This document shows positions 28,980-32,000 of a stretch of 32,000 nt of DNA, piece after piece. The translations under genes and the position numbers were made by a program. Position 1 is the stretch's first letter. Each line of letters opens with the position of its first letter. The stretch comes from Candidatus Nanoarchaeia archaeon (GTDB lineage Archaea; Nanobdellota; Nanobdellia; CSSed11-243R1). The stretch is taken from the NCBI GenBank assembly GCA_028713895.1, contig JAQTNH010000001.1, positions 546,979 to 578,978 of the forward strand, given 5' to 3'. Under the pieces are notes generated by a model that saw only the letters and a list, made by a program, of their open reading frames with translations, did not search any database and had not been told where the DNA came from.

Positions 28980-29882
28980 ATGAATAAGCGAGGCGGGGTC
29001 ATACAGTTTGCTTTCCTGATTTTTTTAGTCGCACTTGTTACATATCTTGCATATTTTATACCCGGACTGGACCTGAGCAAGCCAATGATTGAACAGCCGA
29101 CTGATTGCGAGCTGTCAATACAAAATAATAGCCTGACTTTTACAGAAGGAGAAAACGGTGTAATGACTGCAAAACTTCATTCTGTGGTTGGCGGAGCATA
29201 CACCCCTTCAATTGAAAGCGCGCCTGCTTTTGCAACTGTGGAAGCATCATTAGCTTTGTCCTCAGACAGCGAAACTGAGTTCAACATAACTTTTTCAAAT
29301 GCAACTCCTGCTGTCGGGAGGACTGATTTTGTGATGGGATGGCATGACGCAAAACTGGTTGTTACAGGACCTACAGCGTGCAGGGCAGAGTTTTATGTAT
29401 ATGTGATTGACAACTGCCCCGGAGTTTACAATCCTGACCAAACAGACAGTGACAAAGACGGAATAGGGGATTTATGTGACACCGCAACATGCAACAATAC
29501 CATATGCGAGCCTGGGGAGAATCTGACAAACTGCTGCATTGACTGCGGGTGTCTTCCAGGGCAAAGCTGTGTAAACAATAATTGTACAGGAACCGCATTC
29601 AAATGCATTTTGGACAGTGATTGCGATGACAAGCTTTATTGCACCCGTGACGTATGCTACCACAGGAACACATCTGCATCAGTTTGCGGACATCTTGAGC
29701 TTACACGATGCGGCGAGGACAAAGTGGACGGCTGCTGCCCAGAAGGCTGCAATGGCAACGATGACATAGACTGCGAATCAGAGTGTGGGAACGGAATATG
29801 CGAGGATCTGTATGGAAAGGAGTCCCACCGCAGCTGTGATGACGACTGCCTGATTGAGGACAATGATGAACATTATCATTAA
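28980..29882 (+). CDS. Secreted or membrane-anchored Cys-rich protein with a thrombospondin type-3 (calcium-binding) repeat
   Basis: 300 aa with an N-terminal hydrophobic anchor (VIQFAFLIFLVALVTYLAYFI). DNCPGVYNPDQTDSDKDGIGDLCD (29409-29480) matches the TSP type-3 consensus DNCP...NP.Q.D.D.DG.GD.CD. The C-terminal half has more than 30 Cys, including CNNTICEPGENLTNCCIDCGC (29490-29552) and CGNGICEDLYGKESHRSCDDDC (29784-29849). A TATA-like CTAATAAATC lies ~26 nt upstream. Confidence 0.85.
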   Translation: MNKRGGVIQFAFLIFLVALVTYLAYFIPGLDLSKPMIEQPTDCELSIQNNSLTFTEGENGVMTAKLHSVVGGAYTPSIESAPAFATVEASLALSSDSETEFNITFSNATPAVGRTDFVMGWHDAKLVVTGPTACRAEFYVYVIDNCPGVYNPDQTDSDKDGIGDLCDTATCNNTICEPGENLTNCCIDCGCLPGQSCVNNNCTGTAFKCILDSDCDDKLYCTRDVCYHRNTSASVCGHLELTRCGEDKVDGCCPEGCNGNDDIDCESECGNGICEDLYGKESHRSCDDDCLIEDNDEHYH

Positions 29883-29908
29883 GCAAGTTTTTATTTTGTA
29901 ACTGCCTG

Positions 29909-30118
29909 GTGTTTGATATGTTTGACATAATAATTGCATGCGCAATAACTTTTTTTGTAACCATACTAATAGTGTATGCTTTCCTCAAGCTTAAACAAAA
30001 AAAGCACTGGTCGCAGGGTTACATGGTTCTAGGCAAAAATTCCGAGCCACGACAAAGAGCACAGGAGCCAGTTCAGACCAACAATTCAGATTCAATGTTC
30101 CCGCCAGGGTGGGGCTGA
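29909..30118 (+). CDS. Small single-pass membrane protein (hypothetical; ATG at 29918 is more likely than GTG 29909)
   Basis: DIIIACAITFFVTILIVYAFL is a clear TM helix followed by KLKQKKH. A T-rich TATA-like tract lies ~26 nt upstream of ATG 29918. No family recognised. Confidence 0.45.
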   Translation: MFDMFDIIIACAITFFVTILIVYAFLKLKQKKHWSQGYMVLGKNSEPRQRAQEPVQTNNSDSMFPPGWG

Positions 30119-30129
30119 TAAATAAAAAA

Positions 30130-30798
30130 TTAAATTGTTTCCCCATTCTCCCCGTTAATATGCACAATAAAGTTCTGCCCGTAACTTTCAGGGAAATAAG
30201 TTATTGTCCACTCTATAGGGCTTACTTTTTCAGCCTCTGAGAACCTAAGCAGGTAGCTGGCCTTGACATTTGTTGTAGACTCCAAAAAGCTCGTTCCGCC
30301 AGCCTTTGTATTTACTATGTCCACAGCCCCTGTGCTGTCAATCACCCAAGCATTTCCATCCGGAGAATTGCCATATACTCCGAGAGCAGAAGGCTCGTCA
30401 TACTCAGTCTTGTCTGTTATGGCGCCATCTTTGACTTCAATCTGGTACTTAGAAAATGCGCTTACTGAAACAAATATGTAAGTCCACTCATTGGTTTCTC
30501 CGTTTATTGGAAAGTATTTGTTGCCATTCTGGTTGTTTCCGCGCGCTTCAATAATTTTTGCATCTGTTTTCCACATGCGGGCTTCATCATAAGCCAGGGA
30601 GTACCAATCCATTGCAGAAGCCAAGACAGTCCCAGTTACAGCAGGGATTGTTGTTTCTGCAGGAGCATTCGCTGTTTGTTCGTTTGATGCCGGCTGTCCA
30701 GAGTTGTCATAATTATTTGTTGACTGGGTAGTACACCCCAGCATTAAAACCAATACAATCACAAGGATTCCAAAAATCCAAAACAATTTTTTTTCCAT
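30130..30798 (-). CDS. Putative lipoprotein / secreted protein (222 aa from ATG 30798; the ORF track uses GTG 30807)
   Basis: Signal-like N-terminus MEKKLFWIFGILVIVLVLMLGC with a lipobox-like LMLGC, then a Q/N/T/A-rich linker and a beta-rich domain. A perfect SD GAGGTGA (30810..30804) lies 5 nt upstream of ATG 30798. The gene is probably co-transcribed with the upstream FKBP gene. Confidence 0.8.
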   Translation of the reverse strand: MEKKLFWIFGILVIVLVLMLGCTTQSTNNYDNSGQPASNEQTANAPAETTIPAVTGTVLASAMDWYSLAYDEARMWKTDAKIIEARGNNQNGNKYFPINGETNEWTYIFVSVSAFSKYQIEVKDGAITDKTEYDEPSALGVYGNSPDGNAWVIDSTGAVDIVNTKAGGTSFLESTTNVKASYLLRFSEAEKVSPIEWTITYFPESYGQNFIVHINGENGETI

Positions 30799-30813
30799 TT
30801 TTTTCACCTCAAA

Positions 30814-31320
30814 TTAAATAGCATTTCCTGCATGAGCGTCTATACTCACTAATCTTATTTTAAAAACAAGGGTTTTACCCGCCAAAGGGTGGTTGAAGTC
30901 TATAAGCACATTAGTCCCGTTATTGTCAATTATGACTCCGCGCTCTCTGTTGTTGTCCATTGTTGCATAAACAACAGAGCCAATAGATGCGTTAATCCCC
31001 ACTTTCTCCAGATTTTCGACAGATTCCTGGGTTATTCTCGAAGGATAATAAAGGCCGTAACCTTCGTCAGGCGCAACTGTAACTGTTTTGGTCTGGCCGA
31101 CTTTCATCCCGATTACAGCGTAATTGAAACCGTTTACGACTTCGCCATTGCCTATTGTAAACTGCAGTGGTTCGCCGTTATTATCGTCTATAAGCGTATT
31201 GTTATTGTGATAAGCACCGTAGACTACAGATACTGTGTCTCCGTTCTTAGCAGTCTGTTCAATACACCCCAGGCTAAGTATGGTAAACATCAGAATTATG
31301 AACAAACCCCCAGCTTTCAT
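30814..31320 (-). CDS. FKBP-type peptidyl-prolyl cis-trans isomerase (SlyD/archaeal short FKBP type with flap insert), with an N-terminal signal and lipobox-like sequence
   Basis: GDTVSVVYGAYHNNNTLIDD...LQFTIGNGEVVNGFNYAVIGMKVGQTKTVTVAPDEGYG...FNHPLAGKTLVFKIRLVSI are the conserved FKBP blocks split by an insert. The N-terminus MKAGGLFIILMFTILSLGC resembles a lipoprotein signal. A TATA-like ATTAATAAGATA lies ~26 nt upstream. Confidence 0.9.
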   Translation of the reverse strand: MKAGGLFIILMFTILSLGCIEQTAKNGDTVSVVYGAYHNNNTLIDDNNGEPLQFTIGNGEVVNGFNYAVIGMKVGQTKTVTVAPDEGYGLYYPSRITQESVENLEKVGINASIGSVVYATMDNNRERGVIIDNNGTNVLIDFNHPLAGKTLVFKIRLVSIDAHAGNAI

Positions 31321-31410
31321 GATTCAACTATTGATTTTCTATCTTATTAATGTTTTGAGCTAAAAAAATTTATAAATGGCACAAAGCTGGTTATTGTCGG
31401 GGATTACAGG

Positions 31411-31914
31411 ATGGATGACAACAAAAATAGTTCTGAACATAAACGGCCTGATTGGGACGAGTACTTTTTACAGATTTTAGAAGCTGTTTCCAAGCGGGCA
31501 ACATGCGGCCGCGGAAGAAGCGGAGCAGTAATAGTAAAAAACAAGCATATACTCACAACAGGATATGTAGGCGCTCCAGTCGGGCTTCCGCACTGCGATG
31601 AAGTCGGGCATTTATTCAGAAAGGCTGTGCATACAGACGGAACTACAAAAGACCACTGTGTACGGACAACCCACGCAGAAGCAAATGCAATCGCCCAATC
31701 GGCAAAATTCGGGATTCCCATTGAAGGCGCAACATTGTATTCAACAATGTTTCCCTGCCTTGACTGCACAAAACTTCTTATAAATTCCGGAATAAAACGG
31801 GTTGTTGCAATGAATGATTACCAAGCTTCACAGGATTCAAAAGATTTTTTGAGCCAGGCAAATGTTGAATTCAAAATTTTAACACCTGAACCTAAAAGAT
31901 ACGAAGAAAAGTAA
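31411..31914 (+). CDS. dCMP deaminase (cytidine/deoxycytidylate deaminase family, ComEB-like)
   Basis: Contains the zinc-binding motifs HAEANAI and PCLDCTKLL, plus the N-terminal WDEYFLQILEAVSKRATC typical of dCMP deaminases. TTTATAAA at 31369-31376 implies a short (~12 nt) leader. Confidence 0.93.
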   Translation: MDDNKNSSEHKRPDWDEYFLQILEAVSKRATCGRGRSGAVIVKNKHILTTGYVGAPVGLPHCDEVGHLFRKAVHTDGTTKDHCVRTTHAEANAIAQSAKFGIPIEGATLYSTMFPCLDCTKLLINSGIKRVVAMNDYQASQDSKDFLSQANVEFKILTPEPKRYEEK

Positions 31915-31915
31915 A

Positions 31916-32000
31916 ATGGAAAACGTTATCGGCGAAAAAATAAGCGGATTTTTGTTTACATTAGCCCTAGTCGCAATAATCATTGTGGTTATCCTTTCCA
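31916..32000 (+). CDS. Start of a membrane protein, truncated by the window edge
   Basis: The ATG lies 1 nt after the dCMP deaminase stop. It translates MENVIGEKISGFLFTLALVAIIIVVILS..., a hydrophobic helix. Only 28 codons are visible. Confidence 0.3.
   Translation, partial: MENVIGEKISGFLFTLALVAIIIVVILS

Noticed and set aside
31404-31769. Minus-strand 121-aa ORF
   Set aside because: It is fully antisense to the dCMP deaminase gene, which has unambiguous zinc-binding motifs.

Overview
Moderately AT-rich archaeal chromosomal window, most likely from an uncultivated small-genome (DPANN-like) lineage. The evidence is an archaeal-type AspRS, three tRNAs of which two carry anticodon-loop introns, and TATA boxes centred about 26 nt upstream of ATGs (leaderless mRNAs). 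Housekeeping genes are glmS plus a stand-alone hexapeptide acetyltransferase, M17 leucyl aminopeptidase, an ACD-beta-like ATP-grasp protein, aspS, a GalT/HIT-like protein, an FKBP PPIase and dCMP deaminase. Nearly half the window (4067-19060, minus strand) is one uninterrupted 4,997-codon gene. Its product reads as a cytoplasmic winged-helix DNA-binding domain, one transmembrane helix, then a repetitive ectodomain of about 4,850 aa that is dense in N-glycosylation sequons and ends in a Cys-rich motif and a sequon-poor tip. Its promoter and start codon are bracketed by four exact copies of the 9-mer CCAATAACT. I rank this pairing of a membrane-tethered regulator fused to a giant adhesin with a candidate operator array as the most interesting candidate system. 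Secondary items: a Trp/Lys-repeat membrane protein just downstream of the giant gene; two translationally coupled coiled-coil proteins of about 480-500 aa behind a GalT-like gene whose catalytic His appears replaced; a secreted Cys-rich protein with a thrombospondin type-3 repeat; lipobox-bearing FKBP and lipoprotein genes; and three tRNA-Arg isoacceptors with apparently homologous introns. No rRNA, CRISPR array or mobile element was seen. All domain calls are by-eye pattern recognition and no searches were run.
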